The position numbers and the translations under genes are program-made. A stretch of DNA of 64,000 nt, from assembly GCA_041664425.1 (NCBI GenBank), contig JBAYKU010000001.1, positions 29,272-93,271 of the forward strand. Direction: 5' to 3'. Under the pieces are notes generated by a model. It was not told where the DNA came from, did no database searches, and saw nothing but the letters and a program-made list of their open reading frames with translations. Shown here in pieces: positions 42,484 through 52,543 of the stretch (within the stretch, counting starts at the first letter, position 1; the number at the start of each line of letters is the position of its first letter). The stretch comes from Minisyncoccota bacterium (lineage in GTDB: Bacteria > Patescibacteriota > Minisyncoccia > Phycocordibacterales > XYD1-FULL-46-19).

Positions 42484-43241
42484 TCACGATTAAAACGCCA
42501 CAAGAGATCTCTGCTCTAAAAGAGGGGGGAAAGATTCTAGCTGAAGTCCTGACAGTGGTGGCTGAAAAAGCGGTGGCTGGTGTTAAAACTTTTGAACTCG
42601 ATACTCTGGCTTATGAGATGATTACCAAAGCGGGCGGTAAGCCGGCTTTTTTGCATTATCAACCTGAAGGTTCTCCGTCTGATTACCCCGCCTCTCTTTG
42701 TGTTTCGATTAATGATGAGATTGTCCACGGCATACCTAGTGATCGCCGATTAAAAAATGGTGATATCGTTGGGCTCGACTTGGGTTTGGAATATAAAGGT
42801 CTGTTTACTGATATGGCGGTGACGGTAGCAGTGGGTAAAATTAGTACTGAAGATAAAAAATTGATCAATGTCGCTAAACAAGCTTTGGCTATTGGTATCA
42901 ACGCCATAAAACCCGGCGCTAAGATCGGCGATGTTAGTTATTCCATTGAATCTTATGTCAAAAAAGAAGGTCTGAACGTCGTGCGCGGTCTGGCTGGGCA
43001 TGGTGTCGGCTATTCTCCTCATGAAGATCCCTTTATTCCTAATTATGGCAAGGCGGGAGCAGGCGAAACTATCGAGGAGGGAATGGTGCTAGCCATTGAA
43101 CCGATGGTGACGGCTGGTAGTGGTGCTATTAAACTTCTCTCTGATGACTGGACTTTTGTCACTAAGACTGGCCTACGGAGTAGTCATTTTGAGCATACGG
43201 TAGTGGTGACGGCTAAGGGGGCAGAAATTTTAACTAAATAA
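42480..43241 (+). CDS. map: Methionine aminopeptidase type I
   Basis: SINDEIVHGIP, GHGVG, HEDP, AIEPM, HFEHT. Confidence 0.97.
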   Translation: MITIKTPQEISALKEGGKILAEVLTVVAEKAVAGVKTFELDTLAYEMITKAGGKPAFLHYQPEGSPSDYPASLCVSINDEIVHGIPSDRRLKNGDIVGLDLGLEYKGLFTDMAVTVAVGKISTEDKKLINVAKQALAIGINAIKPGAKIGDVSYSIESYVKKEGLNVVRGLAGHGVGYSPHEDPFIPNYGKAGAGETIEEGMVLAIEPMVTAGSGAIKLLSDDWTFVTKTGLRSSHFEHTVVVTAKGAEILTK

Positions 43242-43265
43242 AATTAAAAGTTAAAAAATAATCGT

Positions 43266-43850
43266 ATGAATCCTAAAGAAGAACGCACATATCTAATGAT
43301 TAAACCAGATGGTGTTCGCAAGGGTTTAATCGGGGAAATTATTAAAAGAATCGAACAGCGAGATCTCAAAGTGGTGGCTTTAGAAATGTTTCAGCCGACT
43401 GTTGATCAAATTGATAACCATTATCCTAAAGATGAAGCTTGGATCAAACGCTTAGGTAGCAAGACGATGAACACCTACAATAAGTATGGTTTTGATCCGA
43501 TTGAAGAAATTGGCACGGCCGATGAAATGGAAATTGGAAAAAAGGTTCGTGGTTGGCTGATTGATTATATGACCTCGGCCCCGCTGGTGAAGATGGTTAT
43601 TCAGGGGATTCATGCTGTTGATGTGGTACGCAAAATTGCTGGCCCGACCATTCCCGCCACGGCTGATATGGGCACAATTAGAGGAGATTTCTCTATTGAT
43701 TCGCCTGTTTTGGCCAACAAAGAAAAGCGAGCTGTTATGAACTTGATTCATGCCTCAGAAACGCCCGAAGAAGCTGAACACGAAATTAAACACTGGTTTA
43801 GTGATAATTCGGCTATTTGTAATTACAAGCGTTTTGGGGTTGATGAATAG
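43266..43850 (+). CDS. ndk: Nucleoside diphosphate kinase (long form)
   Basis: ERTYLMIKPDGV, GTIRGDF, NLIHAS. Confidence 0.94.
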   Translation: MNPKEERTYLMIKPDGVRKGLIGEIIKRIEQRDLKVVALEMFQPTVDQIDNHYPKDEAWIKRLGSKTMNTYNKYGFDPIEEIGTADEMEIGKKVRGWLIDYMTSAPLVKMVIQGIHAVDVVRKIAGPTIPATADMGTIRGDFSIDSPVLANKEKRAVMNLIHASETPEEAEHEIKHWFSDNSAICNYKRFGVDE

Positions 43851-43962
43851 TGATTGGTCAGTTTTAGACAAAATTCCTTGGTAAAATCTTGTTTTGATCA
43901 CTAAAATTCAGTCTAATTGGCTAAAAAATTTGCTCCATAATTTTTCCGTGTATAATAACCTC

Positions 43963-44084
43963 GGCGACCGGTATATTATTTAGATCAAAACATATTTTTA
44001 GGGAGCCTTATATCGTCTTATTCTTAGGGGTAATGACTGCGGGCACCCACCTGGATTTATTCTAGGGTAATATTTCCGGTTGCC
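43963..44084 (+). ncRNA. ssrS: Probable compact 6S RNA
   Basis: Closing stem GGCGACCGG/CCGGTTGCC, internal GGGAGCC and GCGGGCACCCACC motifs, TATAAT upstream, terminator at 44087..44118. Confidence 0.6.
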
Positions 44085-44164
44085 ATCAAAAAATCACTCT
44101 ATGGGGAGTGATTTTTTGCTTTTTGTCCACTTTCACTATCTGTCCAATCGGTTATACTAGCTAT

Positions 44165-44602
44165 ATGCGTTTTACTGTTTGGTATTGGTTGGCCGATCTG
44201 GCTTTGTTGGCCTTAATTTTCGGACTCAACTATCTCGCTTGGCAAAATTTTTGGTACTGGCGCTTTAGCCATTATGGTTTTGACAAGCTAATGCACGTCT
44301 TAGCCGGTCTGTTTATTGGCATAACTGTGACGGGTGTTTGGGTCTGGTGGCGAGAAAAACAACAACGACCCATGAAAGTGGGAGAATTGTTGGCCTGGAT
44401 CGGCTTGGCCGTTCTCGCCGTTGGTGGGGTGTGGGAAATCATCGAACGAGGCTATCGTCATCATGAATTCTTTTATTGGATTAAGCCTTTTACGAGAATG
44501 ACTGACGGCTGGATTGATTCTACCTTGGATTTTATTAGCGATTTATTAGGAGCTGGTCTAGGTGCTTTATCTTTTAAATTATGGAACAAAACAAAAAATT
44601 AA
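44165..44602 (+). CDS. Membrane protein (VanZ/DUF2238-like)
   Basis: DKLMHVLAG, WEIIE, DSTLD; four hydrophobic segments. Confidence 0.7.
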   Translation: MRFTVWYWLADLALLALIFGLNYLAWQNFWYWRFSHYGFDKLMHVLAGLFIGITVTGVWVWWREKQQRPMKVGELLAWIGLAVLAVGGVWEIIERGYRHHEFFYWIKPFTRMTDGWIDSTLDFISDLLGAGLGALSFKLWNKTKN

Positions 44603-45960
44603 ATATTCATTTCTATGGCGGAGTGGGTAAAGTCACTGGTGCCAATTTTTTACTGGAACAACCTGGCGATGGGGGAAAGCAATTTTTGATTGATTGTGGT
44701 TTGATTCAGGGAACCAAATCTGATGAAAGGGAAAATTATGATCCTTTTGCTTATGATGTAAAAAAGATCGATGCTCTCTTTATTACTCATGCCCACCTTG
44801 ACCATATCGGCCGAATTCCTAAATTAGTAAAAATGGGCTACGAGGGACCAATCTATTCGACTGCTCCGACGATGGAAATTGCTGAAGTGTCACTGGCGGA
44901 CAGTATAAAACTTTTACAAAATGAGGCCAAGGAGGTTGAGCTACCTCCACTTTATGATGAAAACGATGCCAAAAAAGCCTTGTCACAATGGAAGACTTTG
45001 GAATATCATCAGCCGGTTCAGATTGGCGATTTTACGATTGTTTTGCGCGACTCGGGCCATATTTTAGGCTCCGCCATGATTGAGTTTATGTACCAGGGCA
45101 AAAAGATCGTCTTCACTGGCGACCTTGGTAATTCTCCGGCGCCATTGCTAAAAGACACCGAAGCAATTACTGATGCTGAGTATATGGTCATGGAGAGCGT
45201 TTACGGGGATCGCAATCATGAAAATCGCGAAGATCGTCGTCTTAAACTAGAAGATGTGATTGAAGAGACCATGCGTCGGGGTGGCACCTTGATGATCCCA
45301 GCTTTCTCCGTTGAGAGAACTCAGGAGTTGTTATTTGAGATTGAAAATATGATGGAAAGTTCTCGTATTCCCTTGGTCCCAGTGTATCTCGATTCACCTC
45401 TCGCTATTGCCGTGACGAGTATTTATAAAAAATATAGTAGTTATTTTAATAAGGAGGCCAATAGTATCCGTTTGGCTGGTGACGGCATCTTTACTTTTCC
45501 TCAGTTGCACATGACTCCGACTACCGAACAGTCCAAGGCAATTATGCGTGAGCCTGGTCGCAAGATTATTATTGCTGGCTCCGGTATGTCTTCTGGCGGA
45601 CGGATTATGCATCATGAAAGAAACTATTTGCCTGATCCTAAAAGTAATTTGCTTTTGGCCGGCTATCAGCAGGTGGGTAGTCTCGGTCGCCAATTGCAAG
45701 ATGGTGCCAAAATGGTCAGAATTCATGGTGAGGATGTGTCGGTAAATGCTCATGTTGAAAGTATCCATGGTTATTCTGCTCATAAAGATATGGATCATCT
45801 AATTGAATTTGTAGATGGAACAGATGCTACTTTAAAGAAAGTTTTTGTTTGTATGGGGGAGCCAAAATCCTCCCTTTTCCTGGCTCAAAGGATCAAAGAT
45901 TATCTCGGTATTAATGCGGTTGTGCCTGAGGAAGGACAGACTATTGAGATAGAAATTTAA
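44581..45960 (+). CDS. MBL-fold beta-CASP RNA-processing nuclease
   Basis: THAHLDH, GHILGS, ESVYG, AGSGM, YSAH. Confidence 0.92.
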   Translation: MEQNKKLNIHFYGGVGKVTGANFLLEQPGDGGKQFLIDCGLIQGTKSDERENYDPFAYDVKKIDALFITHAHLDHIGRIPKLVKMGYEGPIYSTAPTMEIAEVSLADSIKLLQNEAKEVELPPLYDENDAKKALSQWKTLEYHQPVQIGDFTIVLRDSGHILGSAMIEFMYQGKKIVFTGDLGNSPAPLLKDTEAITDAEYMVMESVYGDRNHENREDRRLKLEDVIEETMRRGGTLMIPAFSVERTQELLFEIENMMESSRIPLVPVYLDSPLAIAVTSIYKKYSSYFNKEANSIRLAGDGIFTFPQLHMTPTTEQSKAIMREPGRKIIIAGSGMSSGGRIMHHERNYLPDPKSNLLLAGYQQVGSLGRQLQDGAKMVRIHGEDVSVNAHVESIHGYSAHKDMDHLIEFVDGTDATLKKVFVCMGEPKSSLFLAQRIKDYLGINAVVPEEGQTIEIEI

Positions 45961-45974
45961 TTTAAAATAAAAAA

Positions 45975-46556
45975 ATGACCGAAATAAAAAATGAATTACG
46001 TGATCAGCATTTGCGAGTAAAAATCTGCGTTTCTGGCGCGGCGGAAACTGCTTATTGTGGAGAGGGGGCACTGGAATTGGCCTTGGAATTGGGGCGAGAA
46101 ATTGCTCGCCAGGGAGCAGAGATTACTACTGGCGCTACCACCGGTTTTCCCCTCTGGGCGGCACGTGGGGCCAAAGAAGCCGGTGGTAGATCGATTGGCT
46201 TATCGCCAGCCGAGACCGAAAAAGAGCATGTCGAGGGATATAAACTACCATTAGAATATATGGATGATATTATTTATACTGGCCAAGGTTACCCCGGGCG
46301 CGATATTTTACTGACCAGAGCCTCAGATGCCGTGATTCTGGGCTGTGGCCGAATCGGAACTATTCACGAATTTGCCGTGGCCTTTGAAGACGGTAAGCCA
46401 CTCGGTATTCTCCAGGGACCTTGGGATATGGATGAAACCTTACAATTGATTTTAGAACGAGCTCATCGTCCGAACGACAGTATCGTTTTTGATCCAGACC
46501 CAAAAAGTCTAGTAGAAAAAATCCTCAAAATGGTAGAAGAGAGGAAGATGAAGTAA
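45975..46556 (+). CDS. LOG/SLOG-family Rossmann-fold protein
   Basis: TGATTG, SIGLSP, GRIGTIHE. Confidence 0.8.
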   Translation: MTEIKNELRDQHLRVKICVSGAAETAYCGEGALELALELGREIARQGAEITTGATTGFPLWAARGAKEAGGRSIGLSPAETEKEHVEGYKLPLEYMDDIIYTGQGYPGRDILLTRASDAVILGCGRIGTIHEFAVAFEDGKPLGILQGPWDMDETLQLILERAHRPNDSIVFDPDPKSLVEKILKMVEERKMK

Positions 46557-46592
46557 CAAAAAACCCCGGCATCTCGCGATGTCGGGGTTTTT
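46557..46592. terminator. Bidirectional terminator
   Basis: AAAAAACCCCGGCATC...GATGTCGGGGTTTTTT between convergent genes. Confidence 0.85.
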
Positions 46593-46598
46593 TAAGTT

Positions 46599-46943
46599 TT
46601 ATTGAGCGTTGGCGATAAGTTTAGCGAAGGTATCTGGAGCAGACTGGGCGATTTCGGACAGAACCTTGCGGTTGAGCTTGATGCCTTTTTTCTTTAGGCC
46701 ACCCATCAATTTGCTATAGGAAGTCCCGGCTGAGACGGCGCTAGCGCCAATGCGGGTCTGCCACAAGCCTCGGAAGTCAGCTTTTTTGTCGCGACGAGCG
46801 ACAAAGGCGTGAACACCAGCCTTGACGATAGCCACCTTGGCTTCGCGCTCCTTGGTGCTACGGCCGAAGCGGTAGCCTTTAACCTTGGACAGGGTGTTAC
46901 GACGGGTTTTATTGGAAATTGTTCCTCGTTTAACTCGGGTCAT
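46599..46943 (-). CDS. rplT: 50S ribosomal protein L20
   Basis: MTRVKRG, FRGLWQTRI, LNRKVLSEIA. Confidence 0.96.
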   Translation of the reverse strand: MTRVKRGTISNKTRRNTLSKVKGYRFGRSTKEREAKVAIVKAGVHAFVARRDKKADFRGLWQTRIGASAVSAGTSYSKLMGGLKKKGIKLNRKVLSEIAQSAPDTFAKLIANAQ

Positions 46944-46948
46944 GGTAT

Positions 46949-47134
46949 TTAGTTAGTTTGCAGAAACTTGCTTTTATCTTTGTTTTTAATAGCGAAAGAA
47001 ACCATCTTTTTGCCGGCCAACTGGCTACTGCGGGAGGCCTTGGCGTTGAAGTGGTTTTTACCTGGTTTACGAGCTAAAACCTTACCATTTTTGGTCAGTC
47101 TTAGGCGTTTACTGTATGACTTATTAGTTTTCAT
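46949..47134 (-). CDS. rpmI: 50S ribosomal protein L35
   Basis: MKTNKSYSKR; between infC and rplT. Confidence 0.9.
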   Translation of the reverse strand: MKTNKSYSKRLRLTKNGKVLARKPGKNHFNAKASRSSQLAGKKMVSFAIKNKDKSKFLQTN

Positions 47135-47288
47135 AAGACCTATATAATATACAGGAAAAATTAGCTTTGTCCAGCCTGCACACCAATAATGGCATAGTGC
47201 TTATTTTTATTAGGAGAACGCTCGGGCCTCTTTTTAACTAGATTGTTAAACTTAGAAATAAATCCAATTAGGCACAAAAATGATGCCA

Positions 47289-47822
47289 CTATTGGTGTGC
47301 AGGTTTGGCGTTGCGGTCTCTTTCAATGACTACAGTGATACCCTTGGGGCTCTTTTGGGCTGGATCGGAGATCTTGAAGTCCTCGCTGATCAGCTTGAGC
47401 ATACGCTCTAGACGCTCGTGGAGGAACTTAGGATCGAGGTATTTGGCTCGGCCAGGGAGGAAAAGGTTGATTTTGACCCGGTGGCCGTCGTGGAGGAACT
47501 CCGAGGCCTTTTTAGCCTTCATTTCGAGGTCGTGCTCGCCGGTACCGATTTTGACCTGGAGAGATTTGGTTTCGGTAGTATGGACTTTGGCTCGGGATTC
47601 TCGAGCTTTGCGATCCTGAATATATTGGTATTTGCCGAAATCCATGATTTTGGCCACAGGTGGGACCGCGTCAGGGGAGATTTCAATCAAGTCAGCTTCA
47701 CGCTCCTCGGCCAAAGCCAAGGCGTCAGCCAAAGACAAAACACCCAAGTTGCCTTCCTGGTCGTCAATGACCCGGAGCTCCTGGGCGCGAATTTCTTTAT
47801 TGATGCGGACGCGATTACTCAA
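47289..47822 (-). CDS. infC: Translation initiation factor IF-3 (non-ATG start)
   Basis: INKEIRA, PPVAKIMDFGK, HDLEMK. Confidence 0.95.
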   Translation of the reverse strand: MSNRVRINKEIRAQELRVIDDQEGNLGVLSLADALALAEEREADLIEISPDAVPPVAKIMDFGKYQYIQDRKARESRAKVHTTETKSLQVKIGTGEHDLEMKAKKASEFLHDGHRVKINLFLPGRAKYLDPKFLHERLERMLKLISEDFKISDPAQKSPKGITVVIERDRNAKPAHQ

Positions 47823-47893
47823 GTTGCTACTATCTTAACAAAAATAGGCAAAAAGACAAGACAAAAGACAATATATGTTATTATATTGATGTT

Positions 47894-48334
47894 ATGAATT
47901 TAGCCGAAAACAAGAAATTCTATCTCCAATACGAGGCTCTAGAAGAATACGAAACGGGTATTGAGCTTTTAGGCTTGGAAGTAAAATCCATCAAGGCCGG
48001 TCATATGGTCCTCGAGGGGGCCAGGGTTTTAGTCCGGGGAGGAGAGGCTTTTTTGGTGGGGGCGACTGTACCGCCCTATCAGGTCAACAACACTCCCGCT
48101 GACTATGACCCGACTCGGGTTCGGCGCCTACTTTTAACTAGAAAGCAGATAGTTGAGCTCTATGATCAAGGTGAACAGCGAGGATTGACAATAGTGCCTA
48201 TTTCGGTGTATAATAAACATAACCTAATCAAGCTCAAAATCGCGGTGGCGCGCGGTAAGAAAAAATACGACAAACGCCAAGATATCAAGAAGCGCGATGT
48301 CGAGCGCGAAATAGGCCGCACTTTGAAAAGATAG
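47894..48334 (+). CDS. smpB: SsrA-binding protein
   Basis: GLEVKSI, RRLLL, GKKKYDKR; directly upstream of tmRNA. Confidence 0.96.
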   Translation: MNLAENKKFYLQYEALEEYETGIELLGLEVKSIKAGHMVLEGARVLVRGGEAFLVGATVPPYQVNNTPADYDPTRVRRLLLTRKQIVELYDQGEQRGLTIVPISVYNKHNLIKLKIAVARGKKKYDKRQDIKKRDVEREIGRTLKR

Positions 48335-48346
48335 TGTTTTTAATAC

Positions 48347-48740
48347 GGGGATGATCGGCTTTGATAGGAAGTCTCATTCTTCTAGTGTATGCCGAGGATT
48401 CTAACTGTCTCGTAAAATCTGTTAGAAAAATGCAAATGCCAACAATACTGGCAAAAGCGTAGTAAGTCCTTACTTCGCTCCGGCTTTCGCTCTAGCTTAG
48501 CTAGACCCATTGTCGGTGTTTACTCCAACGTTTCTTCCGGCTGGTTGGCAGTAAACATTTTCGCAAGTCGGAATCGTGCGCCAGAGGTGCTCCGCTCTGG
48601 TGACCTAAAATAATTGGAGATCGATTAAAAAGTTTTCTGTTCGTCTTATAGCTTTTTGATTTAAACAAATTAGACGATCTACGCATATAGAGTCTATTAG
48701 AGTGCCTTTTTACACGGCGGTTCGATTCCGCCCATCTCCA
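48347..48740 (+). ncRNA. ssrA: tmRNA; tag ANNTGKSVVSPYFAPAFALA at 48438..48500
   Basis: 5' GGGGATG pairs with 3' CATCTCC-A, T-arm GGCGGTTCGATTCCGCC, tag ends in FALA-stop. Confidence 0.93.
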
Positions 48741-48848
48741 CAAAGACAAAAACTCAGCCCGCAACAGCGGGCGATTTTTGTTTGTGGAGATGGTGCGAGC
48801 AAACTGCTTTGCTTGTTTATGTTTTAAATTATCTGTTATGATTAGCCG

Positions 48849-49589
48849 ATGATTGATCAACAAAAAGCTAAAGAAGCTTATGATTCTTTTATTGAGAAAG
48901 CCGAGAACGATGGCCGAATTATCGGGATTATTTTATCTGGCGGGAGGGGAAAGGATGCCCAATCAGAGAACTCAGATTATGACGTTATTCTAATCACGAC
49001 AGACGAGGGGTTTGATTCTGTTAAGCAAGATTATCCCAAGAGTGATTTTATAGACTCACTACCCCACGCCATTTCTGAGTTTAGAGACTATGCCAAATCT
49101 GGTACCCGTAGCCAGTACGATAAATATACTTTTACTCACAACAAAGCTGTCCTCGATAAAACTGGCGAAATCCAAAAATTAGTTGACGACAAGGGTGCTC
49201 TAGAACCTGATTTTATAAAAAAAGCCGTCCACGACGCTCTCGGTGGTTATCAAAATTCTCTACATCGAGCTTTAAAAAATACTAGAGACGGTAACGTGTT
49301 GGCCGGTCTTTTAGATGCCAGTGAAACCATTCCTAGGATTTTAAATTTTATCTTTGCTCTGGAGGGGAGAGTCAGACCTTTTAATAAATTCTTAGCCTGG
49401 GAATTGGATAATTATCCTTTGGAAAAATTACCGATGGAATCGAAAGATCTTTTGTTAAAAATAGAAACCATTGCCAAGACAGGTGATGTCGAGATCCAAA
49501 AAGAAATTTTGGCCATGATTCGCCAAATGGCGATTGCCAATGGCTTTAGCGAAGAAATCGCTGATTGGGATGGATATTATTTTGGATAA
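48849..49589 (+). CDS. Pol-beta-type nucleotidyltransferase with helical C-terminal domain
   Basis: LSGGRGK...SDYD motif. Confidence 0.7.
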   Translation: MIDQQKAKEAYDSFIEKAENDGRIIGIILSGGRGKDAQSENSDYDVILITTDEGFDSVKQDYPKSDFIDSLPHAISEFRDYAKSGTRSQYDKYTFTHNKAVLDKTGEIQKLVDDKGALEPDFIKKAVHDALGGYQNSLHRALKNTRDGNVLAGLLDASETIPRILNFIFALEGRVRPFNKFLAWELDNYPLEKLPMESKDLLLKIETIAKTGDVEIQKEILAMIRQMAIANGFSEEIADWDGYYFG

Positions 49590-49672
49590 TTATATCGTTT
49601 CCATCTTTTTTATTTTGTGTTATAAATACCGATAGGAATTGAATATCCGATGGGCGGAGAAAGGAAATACGT

Positions 49673-49906
49673 ATGTTTGTACCAAAGAATGTAACTCTGC
49701 GAGAGGTCATCCGGGCCGTGGTGTCAGGATGTCTTCATCAAGAAGGAGGCTCCTTTCATAGGAGGGAGAAGATGTTCCATTTTCTTATCATGATCATACG
49801 GAAGGAGCTCCACTTGCCTCCCGGAGATCACCTTCATGATGTTGATTTGGAACAACGCCTTGGCTCCAAATCAACGTGTGTTTACGTCTGTATCACTTTG
49901 GCGTAA
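49673..49906 (+). CDS. Small orphan protein
   Basis: 77 aa; GGAGAAAGGA upstream; hairpin with T-tail at about 49926..49965. Confidence 0.45.
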   Translation: MFVPKNVTLREVIRAVVSGCLHQEGGSFHRREKMFHFLIMIIRKELHLPPGDHLHDVDLEQRLGSKSTCVYVCITLA

Positions 49907-49998
49907 GATCTAGGTCGTCGGTTGCGAGCGAGGTCCTCTACGGGGGAACTCGCTCATTTGTTTTTATTGGAGTGCTCTGTTTAAAAACCCCGCCGGCT

Positions 49999-50016
49999 CC
50001 TGCCTGCGCAGGCAGG
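49999..50016. repeat. 18-bp perfect palindrome CCTGCCTGCGCAGGCAGG
   Basis: Identical to 32808..32825. Confidence 0.85.
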
Positions 50017-50082
50017 TTGCCGTGGAGACAACCCGCGTCAGCGGAGCGGTACCCTTCATGGGTATAGGACGCACAACCTGTT

Positions 50083-50592
50083 TTAGGAAAATAGGCGAAT
50101 AGTTTCGGTCACTTCTTCGGCGATACCATCAATACAAGGATAGTTTTTAACTTCACTTTCATCAACCCAGGCAAAATCAGTAAAAGCTCCTGGTTCAGGC
50201 ACAACTTCACCACTGCGATACCTCGCTGCAAATTTGACTAAGACGACGGGGATACCATCGGGCCGAATAAAAGCGTTGCTGTTTATATATTGCAACTTGC
50301 CTTCGATTTCAATGCCAGCTTCTTCATGCGCTTCACGTTTTAATAAATCTTCGACGGCATGTTCAAAATCCAAGACCTCGCCATTGATTCTGGTCGGTTT
50401 AGAGATATTGAGATCCTGCCATTCTAATTTTCCGCCCGGCACTGCCCAACGGCCAGGATGAACTTTTTCTCGTTCGTCGCGCTTGAGGATGAGACATTTC
50501 TGATCGCTATCACGATAGACGACAACATTGGCGACAAAGTAGAAAAGTTTGTCGGTTTTGGCTTGGTCTAAACTGATTTTAGAAGCGGTCAT
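50083..50592 (-). CDS. NUDIX hydrolase
   Basis: PGGK...REAHEEAGI Nudix box with an internal insertion. Confidence 0.85.
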   Translation of the reverse strand: MTASKISLDQAKTDKLFYFVANVVVYRDSDQKCLILKRDEREKVHPGRWAVPGGKLEWQDLNISKPTRINGEVLDFEHAVEDLLKREAHEEAGIEIEGKLQYINSNAFIRPDGIPVVLVKFAARYRSGEVVPEPGAFTDFAWVDESEVKNYPCIDGIAEEVTETIRLFS

Positions 50593-50595
50593 ATT

Positions 50596-52269
50596 TTACC
50601 ACTGACAGCTAGCTTTGATTTTAATAAGCGAGCCGATTTTTTGGCATAGATCAGTGAGATTTTTTGACTGAGCAAAAACATGATCCTCACCCTCGTAAGT
50701 CACATAGTCAAAAGGTTTGTGGCGAGTGGTTAAAATGCCAGCTAGCCACTTGGCCTGAATCGGAGGAATAGTTTTGTCGGCAGAATTTTGAACCAATAAA
50801 ATTTTCTGGGTGGTGACACGATCGAGCTTGGTCACAATGTTCGCTTGGAGAAAAAGGGGATCGTTGTCATCAGCCCGCAAACCCTCGAAGTAGGTGTTAA
50901 AAATAGAGTTTTGATAATATTCGAGTAGCTTGGTCCAATCAGTCACGCCGTTGATTGAAGCAATGCCGGCGTAGTTACTGGGTTTTTCGGCCAGAGTTCG
51001 TAGAGCGAGATAGCCACCGTAGCTGTTGCCGACCAGATAGATAGCGCTAGGTTTATAGAGAGTTTTTAATTCGGCAGTGACCGCTAAAATATCAGTGACA
51101 TCTTTTTTGCCGACTTGGCCGACGATACTATCGGCGAATTTACGACCATAGCCATAACTACCGACATAGTCGACTTTGGCCACGATCGCGCCACCTTCGG
51201 CCATTTGATCTAGCAGCCAATCATAGACGGCGTAGCTTTGATATGAGTGGTAGGTGCTAGCTGGAGCGATTTGGCGATAGGGTCCACCGTGGAGCCAGAT
51301 GATGAGTGGTTTACCAGGATTTTTATTGGTTCGGACAATAGTCGCTTCTCGACCGGCTAGAGTCGTTTCTTTGCGAACGAGATTGGGGAAGGGGCTAGCA
51401 ATAGATAGGGTTTTAAAAGTTTGGATTGTCCCGTCGGTCGGATCGTAACGATTGACAGTCTTTCTATTTTTAGTGAGTTGAGTAAAAAGTAAATAATCGC
51501 CAGAACGATAAATTTTTTCACCGTAGGAAATATTGTCGGCAATTTTTTTCAGTTCACCGTTATCGAGACGGTATCGGTATAGGGTCCAAGTAGTGGCACT
51601 CTCACGGTTGGCATAAAAGTAGAGAGTATTTTTATCCCAGATTAAAAAGTCACCTACGGAATAATTGCGAGCAAAAAGTTTTTTACTAACCAGAGTCTTT
51701 CCGGCCTGAGGTAGGTCAGCTTTATAGAGAGTAGGATAGCCGCCGCGGTCATCAGCATAAATAAAAAACGATTCATCTGGGGAGAAAGAGAAAAGCCGAT
51801 TTTCTTCGGTTAAGAGGTCCCAATTTTTAGCTTGACCTTTGATTTCAGTCCGTTTGGGTGAAGTCGGATTTTTTAGATCAACAATTACATGGTGACGGTA
51901 TTGATCGTTGTTGACCTTGGTGGAAATATAGTAGACAAAATAACGATTAGTGGGTGAAAATTGCTGGCGGGAAGAATTCCGAATCTCTTTATAGGTATTT
52001 TTTAGATCAATGAGAAGAGAATTTTGTTCAGTTGATTCGGCTGGTATGAGATCTAGACTTTTAAGATCGGGGGTTTGGCTACCTAAGTTCTGACAGACCA
52101 AGTTAGAAGTTTGGCAGAGATAGTAATTTTTATTTTCTAAGGCCCCGCTTTGGATGACGAGCTTATCGCCAGTTAATTTATAAATCGAAGCATAATCTAA
52201 GCCGGCCGCCGAGGTAGTGACGGGTAGGGCAAAAAATAACAGCAAAAATACTTTAAAAGATGTTTTCAT
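50596..52269 (-). CDS. Secreted S9-family serine peptidase (propeller plus alpha/beta hydrolase)
   Basis: Signal peptide, HGGP, GNSYGG nucleophile, EDH. Confidence 0.88.
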   Translation of the reverse strand: MKTSFKVFLLLFFALPVTTSAAGLDYASIYKLTGDKLVIQSGALENKNYYLCQTSNLVCQNLGSQTPDLKSLDLIPAESTEQNSLLIDLKNTYKEIRNSSRQQFSPTNRYFVYYISTKVNNDQYRHHVIVDLKNPTSPKRTEIKGQAKNWDLLTEENRLFSFSPDESFFIYADDRGGYPTLYKADLPQAGKTLVSKKLFARNYSVGDFLIWDKNTLYFYANRESATTWTLYRYRLDNGELKKIADNISYGEKIYRSGDYLLFTQLTKNRKTVNRYDPTDGTIQTFKTLSIASPFPNLVRKETTLAGREATIVRTNKNPGKPLIIWLHGGPYRQIAPASTYHSYQSYAVYDWLLDQMAEGGAIVAKVDYVGSYGYGRKFADSIVGQVGKKDVTDILAVTAELKTLYKPSAIYLVGNSYGGYLALRTLAEKPSNYAGIASINGVTDWTKLLEYYQNSIFNTYFEGLRADDNDPLFLQANIVTKLDRVTTQKILLVQNSADKTIPPIQAKWLAGILTTRHKPFDYVTYEGEDHVFAQSKNLTDLCQKIGSLIKIKASCQW

Positions 52270-52273
52270 TATG

Positions 52274-52424
52274 TTAACCCTATTAAGTAAGATTTGACGG
52301 TTATTAATTTTTTTACACTGAATCTTTATTATAGATACATTTTCTACCTATTGCGAAGTTAGTCAAATCTAGACTTTAAATCTTATAAAAATAAAGATTA
52401 AAAGTCTTACTTAGATAGGGTAAA
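52274..52424. repeat. MITE-like inverted-repeat element
   Basis: TTAACCCTATTAAGTAAGA...TCTTACTTAGATAGGGTAAA with two internal stems. Confidence 0.65.
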
Positions 52425-52543
52425 TTCTAACATATTTTTTGCCGTTGTTATTTCAATCTGATAGTGGTTAAATAGAGACAGAAGCTCGATCGGGTGTCGA
52501 GTAAGATCTTCAAGGTCAGGCGGAGGTAACCGCAGGAGGTGCC

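Noticed and set aside
48501-48863. 120-aa minus-strand ORF
   Set aside because: It is antisense to the tmRNA and its terminator.
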